From Planctomycetota bacterium (GTDB lineage Bacteria; Planctomycetota; Phycisphaerae; UBA1845), in contig JBBTCX010000081.1 of assembly GCA_038043045.1 (NCBI GenBank), forward strand, positions 5,561-69,560: a stretch of 64,000 bases of DNA, in the 5' to 3' direction. The notes beneath the pieces are model-generated. The model was given only the letters and a program-made list of their open reading frames with translations. It had not been told where the DNA came from and searched no databases. The position numbers and the translations under genes are program-made. Within the stretch, counting starts at the first letter, position 1. Each line of letters begins with the position of its first letter. Shown in pieces: positions 44,654 through 53,728 of the stretch.

Positions 44654-46714
44654 ATGCCGTTTCGAATTCTCGTCCGTGCCTTGATTGCGTTTGCCGGTTC
44701 TATTCCGGTTACGGCTGCTTTTGCACTGTCGGAAACTTCAAGGGAATCCGGGGACCCGAATACGGAGCCGTTGTCTTTGAAGCAGGAGATGGTTCGCGAT
44801 CGTTACCGGCGTTTGCAGGATCGAATTTTCCGGCTTCGTGAGGAACTTTCAGAAGCAGAACCGAAGAGCGCGGCCCGTTTGGAACGAGCCTTAGAAAGAG
44901 CTGGTGAGCTCGGTCTGGCCGACAGTCTGGAACGCATGATTCAGATGCTGCGCGATCCGTCGGCGCTTCCTGATGCGGTTGACGCCCAGGCCGAATGGCT
45001 TTCCGATGCCCAAAAGTTGTTGAGCATTCTTCTGGAGCAGGATAGTCAAAACGAAGAGCGGAAGAAGGAAATCAACCAGCTTGAAGACTACAAGAAACAG
45101 CTAGAGCAAATCCTTCAGCAAGAACAAGGATTGCGTGAGAATTCGGGGCAGGCTTCGGCGGCGGCCAGAATGCTGCGGCAACTTGAACAGGCCATTCGCC
45201 GCATGAGCGGGATGGTGGAGCGGCAAGCAGCGTTGAATCAGCAGTCGAAGCAGTCTTCCGGCGAATCCGGGAATAAGTCTCAAGACGCAAAGTCGTCGCG
45301 ATCTTCGCCCGAGCAGCTTCAAAAGAAACAAGAAGACCTGAGTCGGGAGGCTAAGGAATTTGCGGAGGAACTCAAGCAATTGGGCGACACGCGACCGGAT
45401 GACGCGCGAGAACCCAAGGCGATGCAACAGGCACGCGACAAAGTCGCGGAGGCATCGGAATCCACCAAGTCGGGCGGGGAATCCATGTCTAAGGCTTCTT
45501 CCGAAATGGGGAAGCAGGGATCGCAACAGTCCGCAAAAAGTGAACAACCATCGGGTCAAAACGCTCAACAGGCCGGACAGAGTGAGAAAAAATCTCCGCC
45601 AGAAATGCAACCCTCCGAGCAGAATCAGCAGCAGGCGGAGCAAAATCAGCAAGAGGCGGAAAAATCGTTGCGTGATGCGCTAGAGAAGCTCGAAGAAGCC
45701 AAGAAGGAGTTGGAAGAGAAATCTCGATCCGACAAATCCGCCGAGCAGCAACGATCGACGGCCAAACAGACCCGCTCGCTAAGCGATCAAATGAAAAAAG
45801 ACGGCGGGCAGCAAGGCAGCGAAGGTCAGGAAGGTGAAAAAGGGGAATCGGGTAAACCGAGTAAATCGCCTTCCTCCGGCGGACAGAAAAAAAAGTCCTC
45901 GGCTCCACAGCAATTGGACAAGGCGGAAGAGCACATGGAGGATGCGGCAGAGGAACTGGAAAAGGAAAAACCGGAGGATGCCACCCGTCCGCAGGACCGT
46001 GCGATTGAGGAACTTGAGAAGGTGCAACAGGAGCTTGAAGAAGTGCTGATGCAACTCCGCAAGGAGGAGCGAGAGGAAGTTCTTCGCGACTTGGAAGGCC
46101 GGTTCCGCGAAATGCTTTCGAAGCAGAAAGTGGTGAACGACGGGACGGTGGCCTTGTCCCAATTGGATCGCCATGATCTAAAGCGTGCCGATCAACTACA
46201 ATTCGCCGAGTGGGCGAGCAAGCAACGAGCGATCGCGGAACAGGCTTCGACTTGCGTGCACATTTTGGACGAAGAGGGGACAACCATTGCGTTTCCGCAT
46301 ATCGTGCAGCAATTGGCCCAGGATATGGGCACGGTGGCCGACCGATTGGCGGACTTTAACGCGGCCACACTGACGCAAAGTATTGAACAGGAAATCGTCG
46401 ATACCTTGGAGCAGATGCTCGACGCCTTGAAGAAGTTGCAGCAGGAGAATCAGCAACAGAGCGCTGGCGGCGGCGGAGGCGGCGGGGGTGGTCCGAAGGA
46501 CAATCAACCGTTGTTGCCGACCTCGGCGGAATTGAAGCTGTTGCGATCGAGTCAAAAGCGCGTGAACACGCGGACGACGGCCATGGAGAGCGCCAGGCAA
46601 AGCGGCGCGGAGTCCGAGGCGTCCATTGGGACTGGATTACGCCAAGCGGCTTCGCGTCAGAAGGAATGCGGCGAGATCGCCAAACGAATGCGCGAACGAC
46701 AGGGTCAACCGTAG
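44654..46714 (+). CDS. Secreted, highly charged low-complexity coiled-coil protein
   Basis: Start moved to MPFRILVRALIAFAGSIPVTAAFA (44654). Long Q/E/K/S-rich tracts, a Gly8 run, and a conserved-looking C-terminus (LLPTSAELKLLRSSQKRVNTRT). Confidence 0.65.
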   Translation: MPFRILVRALIAFAGSIPVTAAFALSETSRESGDPNTEPLSLKQEMVRDRYRRLQDRIFRLREELSEAEPKSAARLERALERAGELGLADSLERMIQMLRDPSALPDAVDAQAEWLSDAQKLLSILLEQDSQNEERKKEINQLEDYKKQLEQILQQEQGLRENSGQASAAARMLRQLEQAIRRMSGMVERQAALNQQSKQSSGESGNKSQDAKSSRSSPEQLQKKQEDLSREAKEFAEELKQLGDTRPDDAREPKAMQQARDKVAEASESTKSGGESMSKASSEMGKQGSQQSAKSEQPSGQNAQQAGQSEKKSPPEMQPSEQNQQQAEQNQQEAEKSLRDALEKLEEAKKELEEKSRSDKSAEQQRSTAKQTRSLSDQMKKDGGQQGSEGQEGEKGESGKPSKSPSSGGQKKKSSAPQQLDKAEEHMEDAAEELEKEKPEDATRPQDRAIEELEKVQQELEEVLMQLRKEEREEVLRDLEGRFREMLSKQKVVNDGTVALSQLDRHDLKRADQLQFAEWASKQRAIAEQASTCVHILDEEGTTIAFPHIVQQLAQDMGTVADRLADFNAATLTQSIEQEIVDTLEQMLDALKKLQQENQQQSAGGGGGGGGGPKDNQPLLPTSAELKLLRSSQKRVNTRTTAMESARQSGAESEASIGTGLRQAASRQKECGEIAKRMRERQGQP

Positions 46715-46737
46715 GGGAAGCTTTGGGAGACAAAACG

Positions 46738-47844
46738 ATGAGGATCATCGATCGATCGAAAAGAGCTGGTATAGTTCGACGTAGTGGGTGTCATGGTGTG
46801 GCACTTTTTGTGATCGGACTCATCGGCGTTTTTGCATGGGGTAGAGCTGTGGCCTCGCCCGTCGTTACGGGCGACGATATTATCGGACGCTTTTTGCGGG
46901 CGATCGAGTCCGATAACGCCGTCACGCCGGAGGCCAAGACGCTGTTGCGTTCGACGTGGGAAAAGTGCTCGGATTGTGACGGGGCGGAGTTTCTTGCCCA
47001 AGGGTTGGCGCTCATCTCTCCGCCTATTCGCCCTGTCTTGGAGTCTTATGACAGCGATGCCTACGAAACTTGTGCGGAAAAAGCGGGGGCATTGCGCGAC
47101 AACGCGAATCCTTTTGTCGCCGTGAATTCTTCGGTGTACGAGATCAAAGCGTTGGTGGCCATGAATCGCACGTTGCTGGCGACCGAACGTCTCACGGCTC
47201 TTTGGGGCGGTGAAAATCCGAATCGGGTGTTTCAATATTCCTATTTCGCGCCGGAGATGAGCTTTTTGAAGGGCTATTGCCTCGTGGCGGATTTGCGTTA
47301 CGCGGACGGTGAAAAAGAGTTGCAGACCTTTTTGGAGAGATACCCGGATGCGCCCAAGCGACTCACGATCGCGGCGATGCAAATGCTCACGGAGCTGGCC
47401 AATCGTGAACCGGGCGAAATCGGCGAAGTTGTCGACCTGATGAAGAACTCCCACTCGCGGTTGAATCAGGGTGACAGTGGAGAAATCGTTCAAGGTCGCC
47501 AGCAGAAGATCATGGATTTGCTTGACAAATTGGTGGAGGAGGCGGAACAAAAAGAGAAGAAGTGCAAATGCAACAAGAGCAGTTGTGACAAATGCAACAA
47601 GAGCGGATCGAAATCCGGTCAGCAACAAAAACCGCAATCGCCCATGCAAGAGTCCAGCTTGCCCGGTGGTTCCCCTTCGGGTGAATCGCTACGCGAAGCG
47701 AGATTCGCCAATCCGGCCGAGTCATGGGGGACGATGCCTCCGGCTGAACGAGATCGAATTCTTCAAGCGTTAAAGGAAAGTTTTCCCAACCGCTATCGCC
47801 AATTGGTGGAACAATATTACGCCGAATTGGCGAAAAAGCCGTAA
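46738..47844 (+). CDS. Membrane-anchored TPR-like protein, last gene of the Bat-like cluster
   Basis: Start moved to MRIIDRSKRAG...VALFVIGLIGVFAWG (46738). Cys/Lys-rich KCKCNKSSCDKCNK and C-terminal WGTMPPAERDRILQALKESFPNRYRQLVEQYY. Confidence 0.65.
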   Translation: MRIIDRSKRAGIVRRSGCHGVALFVIGLIGVFAWGRAVASPVVTGDDIIGRFLRAIESDNAVTPEAKTLLRSTWEKCSDCDGAEFLAQGLALISPPIRPVLESYDSDAYETCAEKAGALRDNANPFVAVNSSVYEIKALVAMNRTLLATERLTALWGGENPNRVFQYSYFAPEMSFLKGYCLVADLRYADGEKELQTFLERYPDAPKRLTIAAMQMLTELANREPGEIGEVVDLMKNSHSRLNQGDSGEIVQGRQQKIMDLLDKLVEEAEQKEKKCKCNKSSCDKCNKSGSKSGQQQKPQSPMQESSLPGGSPSGESLREARFANPAESWGTMPPAERDRILQALKESFPNRYRQLVEQYYAELAKKP

Positions 47845-47886
47845 CGAGAAGATCAAACGAAACCGCCGCTTTTTTGGTCCTCGCGG

Positions 47887-49326
47887 GTGATGCATGTGAC
47901 GTACTTATTCAACGTTGGGTCGTGTCTCGGTCTATTTCTCGGTGCAACGGCAGCGCGGGCGGACGACGTCAAACTTGATTTTAGTGACCCCCGTGGGTCG
48001 CCCATGTGTCGTGGCTTGCCAGAGCCGGAGAAAAAGGACTTCCACGTTGAAGGGCTTGAACTGAGTTCCTTTCAAGCGAAGAGGTTAATCTCCGCGGACT
48101 CCGAGGGTGTAGTATTTGAAACGACGGAAGGTCAGCGGGAAGTTCGTTGGGATGAACTGTCTCGGATCGTCTTTTCATGGTGGGAAAGACCACCCGCCGG
48201 TCCGATGACCTTCGCCTTGCATCCTCAAGGCCGCATTTTCGGCGAGATTGTCGATTCATTCGAAGAGGGCGTGATCGTTTATTCGTTGTTTGCGGAACGA
48301 TCGGTTCTGCCGTTTGCGCAACTCGCGGGCATCTGTTTCACGGACATCAAGGGATTCGCCAAATCCAATGAACTTTTTCGCAAGGCGTTGGAAGAGCGTC
48401 TGGTCGGGAAGGATGTTTTGATTACGCGTTCGACAACTGACGTGAGAACCATGCGGGGTCGGTTGGATTCTTTGAGCGTATACGAGGGTGTTTTTTCGCT
48501 GGGCGATAAAGCTCGATCGTTTGACGTTGACAAGGCCTACGGGATCGTTTTTGCGAGCGGGCTTGAAAATGCGTCGAAGCACCGTTTGATTTGTCGACTC
48601 AACGACGGGTCCTTTTTTCAAGCCACGCCGGTACGGGCGAATGGGGATTCGGTGACGCTGTCCACGTCTTTAGGAAGCGAATTTACCTTGCCCGTGTCGA
48701 CCATCGCGGTGTTGGATATCATCAGTGCGCGGGTAAAGTACTTGGGCGATCTCAAACCCATCGCGGAATCCACGGAAGGAATCCTTCAGACTCCTTGGTC
48801 GGCGTGCTTCGGGTGCAATGTGGCCGGCGAACCCATTCGAATGCTGCAAAAAGAATACGCCCGTGGGATTGGCGTGCACAGTCGTTCAGAGCTGACCTTC
48901 GAAGTCGACGGCGGGTATGAATCTTTCGCCGCGACGATCGGGATCGATGACTCTGTTCGACCACGCGGTAACGTCGTCTTTCGAATTGTGGGTCAACGCG
49001 CCGTTTCGAAAACATCGAATCCGCGAAAGTCGGGCGCGGGTTCCGTGACCGAAGAAGTAGGAAATCGACTCCCGGCTCTTTTTCCTGAGGAAAAAGAAGA
49101 GGGGAAGCCATCGGTGGAATCTCCCGAACTCGATGCTCCAAAAGTGCTATTTGATAGCGGTGCAGTGACCGGATTGGATTCGCCACGTGATATTTCCGTT
49201 CCTGTTGTTGGCGTCGTACGTTTGACGCTGGTCGTCGATTATGGCGACGAATTGGATTGGTCGGACCGAGCGAACTGGGCCAACGCCCGCTTGCTTCGAC
49301 CGGCGTCGACCGTGACAAGACCATGA
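47887..49326 (+). CDS. Secreted protein with C-terminal NPCBM-like (carbohydrate-binding module-like) domain
   Basis: 479-aa ORF with signal peptide LFNVGSCLGLFLGATAARA. NPCBM-like GIGVHSRSELTFEVDGGYESFAATIGIDDSVRPRGNVVFRIVG ... VVRLTLVVDYGDELDWSDRANWANARLL, with an inserted acidic linker. Confidence 0.75.
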   Translation: MMHVTYLFNVGSCLGLFLGATAARADDVKLDFSDPRGSPMCRGLPEPEKKDFHVEGLELSSFQAKRLISADSEGVVFETTEGQREVRWDELSRIVFSWWERPPAGPMTFALHPQGRIFGEIVDSFEEGVIVYSLFAERSVLPFAQLAGICFTDIKGFAKSNELFRKALEERLVGKDVLITRSTTDVRTMRGRLDSLSVYEGVFSLGDKARSFDVDKAYGIVFASGLENASKHRLICRLNDGSFFQATPVRANGDSVTLSTSLGSEFTLPVSTIAVLDIISARVKYLGDLKPIAESTEGILQTPWSACFGCNVAGEPIRMLQKEYARGIGVHSRSELTFEVDGGYESFAATIGIDDSVRPRGNVVFRIVGQRAVSKTSNPRKSGAGSVTEEVGNRLPALFPEEKEEGKPSVESPELDAPKVLFDSGAVTGLDSPRDISVPVVGVVRLTLVVDYGDELDWSDRANWANARLLRPASTVTRP

Positions 49327-51155
49327 CCGGTGGAACTTCGATTCACGTTTGTGCCCCCGCCGCCTTCAACTGCTCGGGTCGGATGCGAGACGCCGTCACG
49401 GCCGCGTTGATCTTGCTTTTTTCTTTTGCATCGATTCTTCATGCGGAAGAGGGCGAGCTTCAACAATTGTTAGAGCAAGAACGTGAATTCGTGGCGCTGG
49501 TCGACCGACTTTCCCCGGCCGTGGTTTGCATCTTTGATGCTCAGCAACGTGGAATGGGGTCCGGAGTGTTGATCGACGCCGAAGGTTACGGCCTGACCAA
49601 TTACCACGTCGTCGCGGGCATGATCGGGTCGGATGCGGATCGTGGCGGACTCAATGACGGCAAATTGTACGATTTGGAGGTTCTGGGCATTGACCCCACG
49701 GGGGATGTCGCGATGTTCCGGCTTCCCGGTCGAGACGCGTTTCCATATTGCGAACTTGGGGACTCGGATCAGATTCGGGTCGGTGATTCGGCGATAGCGA
49801 TGGGCAATCCGTTCTCGCTGAGCGAGGACAACACGCCGACGGTCTCGCGCGGTTTGGTGACGGGCGTTCATCGTTATCAATGGGGTGTCGGAAACAATCT
49901 CATTTACTCGGATTCCATTCAAGTCGATGCGTCGATCAACCCCGGCAACTCCGGTGGACCTCTGTTTGACGGAAACGGCATGGTGATCGGGATCAATGGG
50001 CGCATCTCGGTCAACCGGCGCGGACGGTACAACGTTGGTTTCGGTTATGCGATTTCGATCAACCAGATCAAGCGGTTCATTCCGACGCTACGCGCGGGAC
50101 TGCTTGGAAAACACGGCACACCTCAAGCCAAGGTCGAGGATATGGAAGAAAGAGGCGTCGTCTTCGCCGAAATCATGCGAAACGCGTCGGCTTCGAATGC
50201 GGGCGTGCGAGTTGGCGATCGATTGTTGTCTCTCGACGGAATCCCCATCGTCTCTCGCAATCACTTTGCCAGTGTGATCGGCACTTATCCCGCTGATTGG
50301 CCTGTTTTGCTCACCGTGGATCGACAAGGAAAGGTATTGGATTTCGAAGCCCAATTGGACGCCATCCCTCCCAAGCTCGGCAAGCCGTTTGAACCGGACG
50401 TTCAAGCCAATATTCGCCAAGCGGAACGAGTCATCAAGCAGTTTCGGGCAAGCGTTCTGGGTTCTACGGACCTGGGTTGGCCGCAACATTGGATATGGAC
50501 GATCATACGCCGGTATCGATCTGAAAACACGCGCGGAAAACTTGACGATCGTTTCGTCGTCACCCAACAAGACAACCAACCCGCCTACCTGCGACTTCTC
50601 AATCAAGACGAATCGCCGGGATCGACCGTGGAATATACCGATCAATCGGCCAAATGGTTGGGATCGAAGGTGACAACGGTTGCGCGAATGGGAAATGGCG
50701 ATGTCGAACCGCCGGGCGACGAAGGGTTGGAGGTTCCTTTTGAAACTGCCATGATGCTGAATGCATTGTACTTTGCTCAGCACGGACTCGCTCGGGTCAC
50801 CGATCCCTTGAATTCGGAAATTCACCACCGTGGCGGTCACGCGATTCGCTCCAATGAAATGGACGACTTAACCAGGTCGACGACCTTTCGCGGATCCGAA
50901 CGAACGCACTCGCGCATCGTCGAAGAAATCGTCTACCCTTTGAGCGAACATGTCACGGCAATCTACTCTTTTGATGTCGACACCCACCGCATTGTGCGAA
51001 TCCGAGTGACCGATAACCCGACGGGCGTCGAAGTTGTTATTACCCTGAGCGATTACCGTGACATTGGTGCCATGCAGTGGCCCCACACGATGTGGGTGCA
51101 AAGCCCGCTCGGAGATTTTTGCGACACGCTCTGCGATTGGCAGGTGTCACCATGA
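49323..51155 (+). CDS. HtrA/DegP-like trypsin-fold serine protease with PDZ domain and long C-terminal extension (catalytic triad intact)
   Basis: ATG 49323 overlaps the upstream stop (ATGA). His in GYGLTNYHVV, Asp in GDVAMFRL, Ser in INPGNSGGPLFD. PDZ-like GVVFAEIMRNASASNAGVRVGDRLLSLDG. Confidence 0.85.
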   Translation: MTGGTSIHVCAPAAFNCSGRMRDAVTAALILLFSFASILHAEEGELQQLLEQEREFVALVDRLSPAVVCIFDAQQRGMGSGVLIDAEGYGLTNYHVVAGMIGSDADRGGLNDGKLYDLEVLGIDPTGDVAMFRLPGRDAFPYCELGDSDQIRVGDSAIAMGNPFSLSEDNTPTVSRGLVTGVHRYQWGVGNNLIYSDSIQVDASINPGNSGGPLFDGNGMVIGINGRISVNRRGRYNVGFGYAISINQIKRFIPTLRAGLLGKHGTPQAKVEDMEERGVVFAEIMRNASASNAGVRVGDRLLSLDGIPIVSRNHFASVIGTYPADWPVLLTVDRQGKVLDFEAQLDAIPPKLGKPFEPDVQANIRQAERVIKQFRASVLGSTDLGWPQHWIWTIIRRYRSENTRGKLDDRFVVTQQDNQPAYLRLLNQDESPGSTVEYTDQSAKWLGSKVTTVARMGNGDVEPPGDEGLEVPFETAMMLNALYFAQHGLARVTDPLNSEIHHRGGHAIRSNEMDDLTRSTTFRGSERTHSRIVEEIVYPLSEHVTAIYSFDVDTHRIVRIRVTDNPTGVEVVITLSDYRDIGAMQWPHTMWVQSPLGDFCDTLCDWQVSP

Positions 51156-52285
51156 GGCACGTGTACTCCGGAATAGTGGCGTCATTGCTCGCGATCGTCA
51201 CCGTTTCGCCTTGTTTGGCCGGCGGGTTTGATGTCGCCATCGATTCGGCCACGCATCGGGCAGTGAAGCTCTACGGCCTCGGCGCGGGCGCGCAAGCCGG
51301 CTATGGAACGGGCACCATGGTCTCCAGCCAAGGGCATGTGCTCACGGTCGATTCGCTTTTGATCGACGCCAAGCGAGTTCGCGTGGTGTTGCCCGATGGC
51401 ACTCGCCATGAGGCCGAGGTCCTGTATCGTGACTTCTCCCGCCAGTTGGCGCTGCTACAAGTTCGTCGACCGACTTCGAAGAGCCTGGTGGAACAATTCG
51501 CACTGGAGCCGTTGGGGCCTTTTCCGTTTTTTGACATGAAAGACGGCTTCGCCCATGCGACCAAGGACCTGCATTCGTCGGCCAACGCGGAACGGTTGAA
51601 CGAGCTTCGTCAAGGGGACTGGGTGTTGGCCGCGGGGAACGCTTTCAAAGTGGCCGAAGGACCGGAAATGGTCTCGGTGGCTCACGGGGTCTTTTCGACA
51701 CGGACTCGGTTGGACGCCAGGCGCCGGGCGAGAGATTTTCCCTATCAAGGTGATGTTCTGGTCATCGACGCCATCACGAGCAATCCCGGCGCTGCTGGCG
51801 GTCCCGTGGTGGATATTCACGGCCGATTGATCGGCATCATTGGCCGCGAGGTGATTTCGAATCTGACGCACACCCATTTCAACTACGCCGTTCCGTTGGA
51901 CGTACTCCAGGCGTTTTACGCGGATGCGATGAAGTTCAAGGAGCCGACCTCACCCGAGGAATTGGTTTCGACCGTCAAAACATTCGAGAAGAGTTCGAGT
52001 GCCACGGCGGCGGCACTTCAAGATGTCGACTTTGGTTTTCGCGTGACCCGGGCCGGCTATACCACGGTCCTCCCGTTCGTGGAAAAAGTACGGCTGGGTT
52101 CCTCCGCCGCGCGCGGCGGTTTGAAGGAGGACGATTTGATTCTTACGGTCAACGGCAAGAACGTCGCGGATGTGATCGAATGCGAAAAACGGATCGCCGA
52201 TTCTCCGCCGGGCAAACCGCTGGACCTCGTCGTCCGCCGCGATCGTGCAATCCTGCCCATCCGTGTGGAGTCGAAACAGCCATGA
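51152..52285 (+). CDS. HtrA-like pseudoprotease with PDZ domain (all three triad positions substituted)
   Basis: ATG 51152 overlaps the upstream stop (ATGA). Trypsin-fold pattern YGTGTMVSSQGHVLTVDSLL (His position is Ser), RQLALLQV (Asp position is Gln), SNPGAAGGPVVD (Ser position is Ala). PDZ-like VEKVRLGSSAARGGLKEDDLILTVNG. Confidence 0.8.
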   Translation: MRHVYSGIVASLLAIVTVSPCLAGGFDVAIDSATHRAVKLYGLGAGAQAGYGTGTMVSSQGHVLTVDSLLIDAKRVRVVLPDGTRHEAEVLYRDFSRQLALLQVRRPTSKSLVEQFALEPLGPFPFFDMKDGFAHATKDLHSSANAERLNELRQGDWVLAAGNAFKVAEGPEMVSVAHGVFSTRTRLDARRRARDFPYQGDVLVIDAITSNPGAAGGPVVDIHGRLIGIIGREVISNLTHTHFNYAVPLDVLQAFYADAMKFKEPTSPEELVSTVKTFEKSSSATAAALQDVDFGFRVTRAGYTTVLPFVEKVRLGSSAARGGLKEDDLILTVNGKNVADVIECEKRIADSPPGKPLDLVVRRDRAILPIRVESKQP

Positions 52286-53556
52286 ACAGACGGAAAAACA
52301 GATTATGCATCTCGTGGGTGACAGCCATGGGCACTTTGGCATGCGGATTCGCGGCCACGGTTTCTTTTGCGGACCCTCTCCGCGAACAGCCGGTCCTTCA
52401 AGACCCCGTCTCTTCTCACGTCGCGTTGCAACAGGCGTTTCGAAGAGTGGCCGATCGTCTTCGCCCAACCTTGGTTAGAGTGGAGACCGTCGGTGGCGCC
52501 CAGCCTCCCGAAAAGGCAGTGGAACTAGACGAGACCGTCGACAAGGGCGATGAACAACCCGGACCATTGCCGCCGCCCAAGCCCCGTTCCCAAAAACCCT
52601 TTCGAGATAACCCGGGATCGCAGTTTTTGCTGGCCGACGGTCCGACCACCGGCATCATCTACCGCTCCGACGGGTACATCCTGACCAGCAGCTTCAATTT
52701 CGTCCGTGAACCGACCCTCGTATCGGTGACGCTATCTGATGGACGACGACTCGCCGCCGATCTGGTTGCGCGAGATCAAGTTCGCAAGTTAGCCCTGCTC
52801 AAGATCGATGCTGTCGACTTACCTGTCCCAACTTGGGTGTCATCCGATGACATTTTCGTGGGACAATGGACCGTCGCACTGGGTCTCGGATTCGGCGGCC
52901 CGGAACCCTCGATTTCCGTCGGAATCGTCAGCGCCCTCAATCGAATGGCGGGCAACGCGATTCAAGTGGACGCCAAGCTGAGCCCGGCCAATTACGGCGG
53001 CCCCATCTGCGATCTCCGGGGTCGAATTCTTGGAATCTCCGTTCCGTTGGCCCAACGTCCCGGTGAACTTGCCGGTGTCGAACTCTACGATGCCGGTGTC
53101 GGTTTTGCGTTACCGAAAACCCGGGCTGATGACATCGCGGCATCGCTGATCAAGGGGGAATCATTCTATCGTGGTTGGTTGGGCATGGTGGTGGACCCTC
53201 GACGAAATGACGCTGTCGTGGTCGGGAATGTCGCTGAACCCTCGCCCATGCAAGCAGCCGGGGTCAAACGCGGCGACAAGGTCCTTTCCGTCGCCGGCAA
53301 GGACATCCGCAATTTCGGCCAGATTCAACAATATCTTTACATGTACCCCGCCGGTCAGGAAGTGAACATTAAGCTCGAACGGGAGAGCGAAGTTTTCGAA
53401 GTCGCCATCAGACTCGCCCGCGCCGCCGACCTTGGACCCTTGCCCGATATTGAAGAGCCTTCGGTTTCCGTCGAAACCATCGATCCCACTGACATCGAAC
53501 TCTTCCGTCCCGTCGACGAGGATCATTCCGACCACGATGATCACCCGGACGAGTAA
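52282..53556 (+). CDS. HtrA-like pseudoprotease with PDZ domain (all three triad positions substituted)
   Basis: ATG 52282 overlaps the upstream stop (ATGA). Signal peptide ISWVTAMGTLACGFAATVSFA. GIIYRSDGYILTSSFNFV (no His), RKLALLKI (Asp position is Lys), IQVDAKLSPANYGGPICD (Ser position is Tyr). PDZ-like VVGNVAEPSPMQAAGVKRGDKVLSVAG. Confidence 0.8.
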   Translation: MNRRKNRLCISWVTAMGTLACGFAATVSFADPLREQPVLQDPVSSHVALQQAFRRVADRLRPTLVRVETVGGAQPPEKAVELDETVDKGDEQPGPLPPPKPRSQKPFRDNPGSQFLLADGPTTGIIYRSDGYILTSSFNFVREPTLVSVTLSDGRRLAADLVARDQVRKLALLKIDAVDLPVPTWVSSDDIFVGQWTVALGLGFGGPEPSISVGIVSALNRMAGNAIQVDAKLSPANYGGPICDLRGRILGISVPLAQRPGELAGVELYDAGVGFALPKTRADDIAASLIKGESFYRGWLGMVVDPRRNDAVVVGNVAEPSPMQAAGVKRGDKVLSVAGKDIRNFGQIQQYLYMYPAGQEVNIKLERESEVFEVAIRLARAADLGPLPDIEEPSVSVETIDPTDIELFRPVDEDHSDHDDHPDE

Positions 53557-53728
53557 TACCGATTCCAGTTTAAGATCGTCCCTGCTCCACAGAGGACCCG
53601 AGGGTAAGAACCATCTCGGTTTGCCGGGAGGCCGCGCGACGCTCAAGTCGATTCCTCTCTTTTTCATCGTGCATATTCATGCGGGCCGATACCCACGCTT
53701 GCGCGAGAACGACTTTGGGCGATCCTCT

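Noticed and set aside
46470-46500. GGC/GGA/GGG-rich run that looks like a simple nucleotide repeat
   Set aside because: It is in frame and encodes the Gly8 tract of the low-complexity protein. It is not a CRISPR array or an intergenic tandem repeat, and no spacer-repeat periodicity was seen anywhere in the window.
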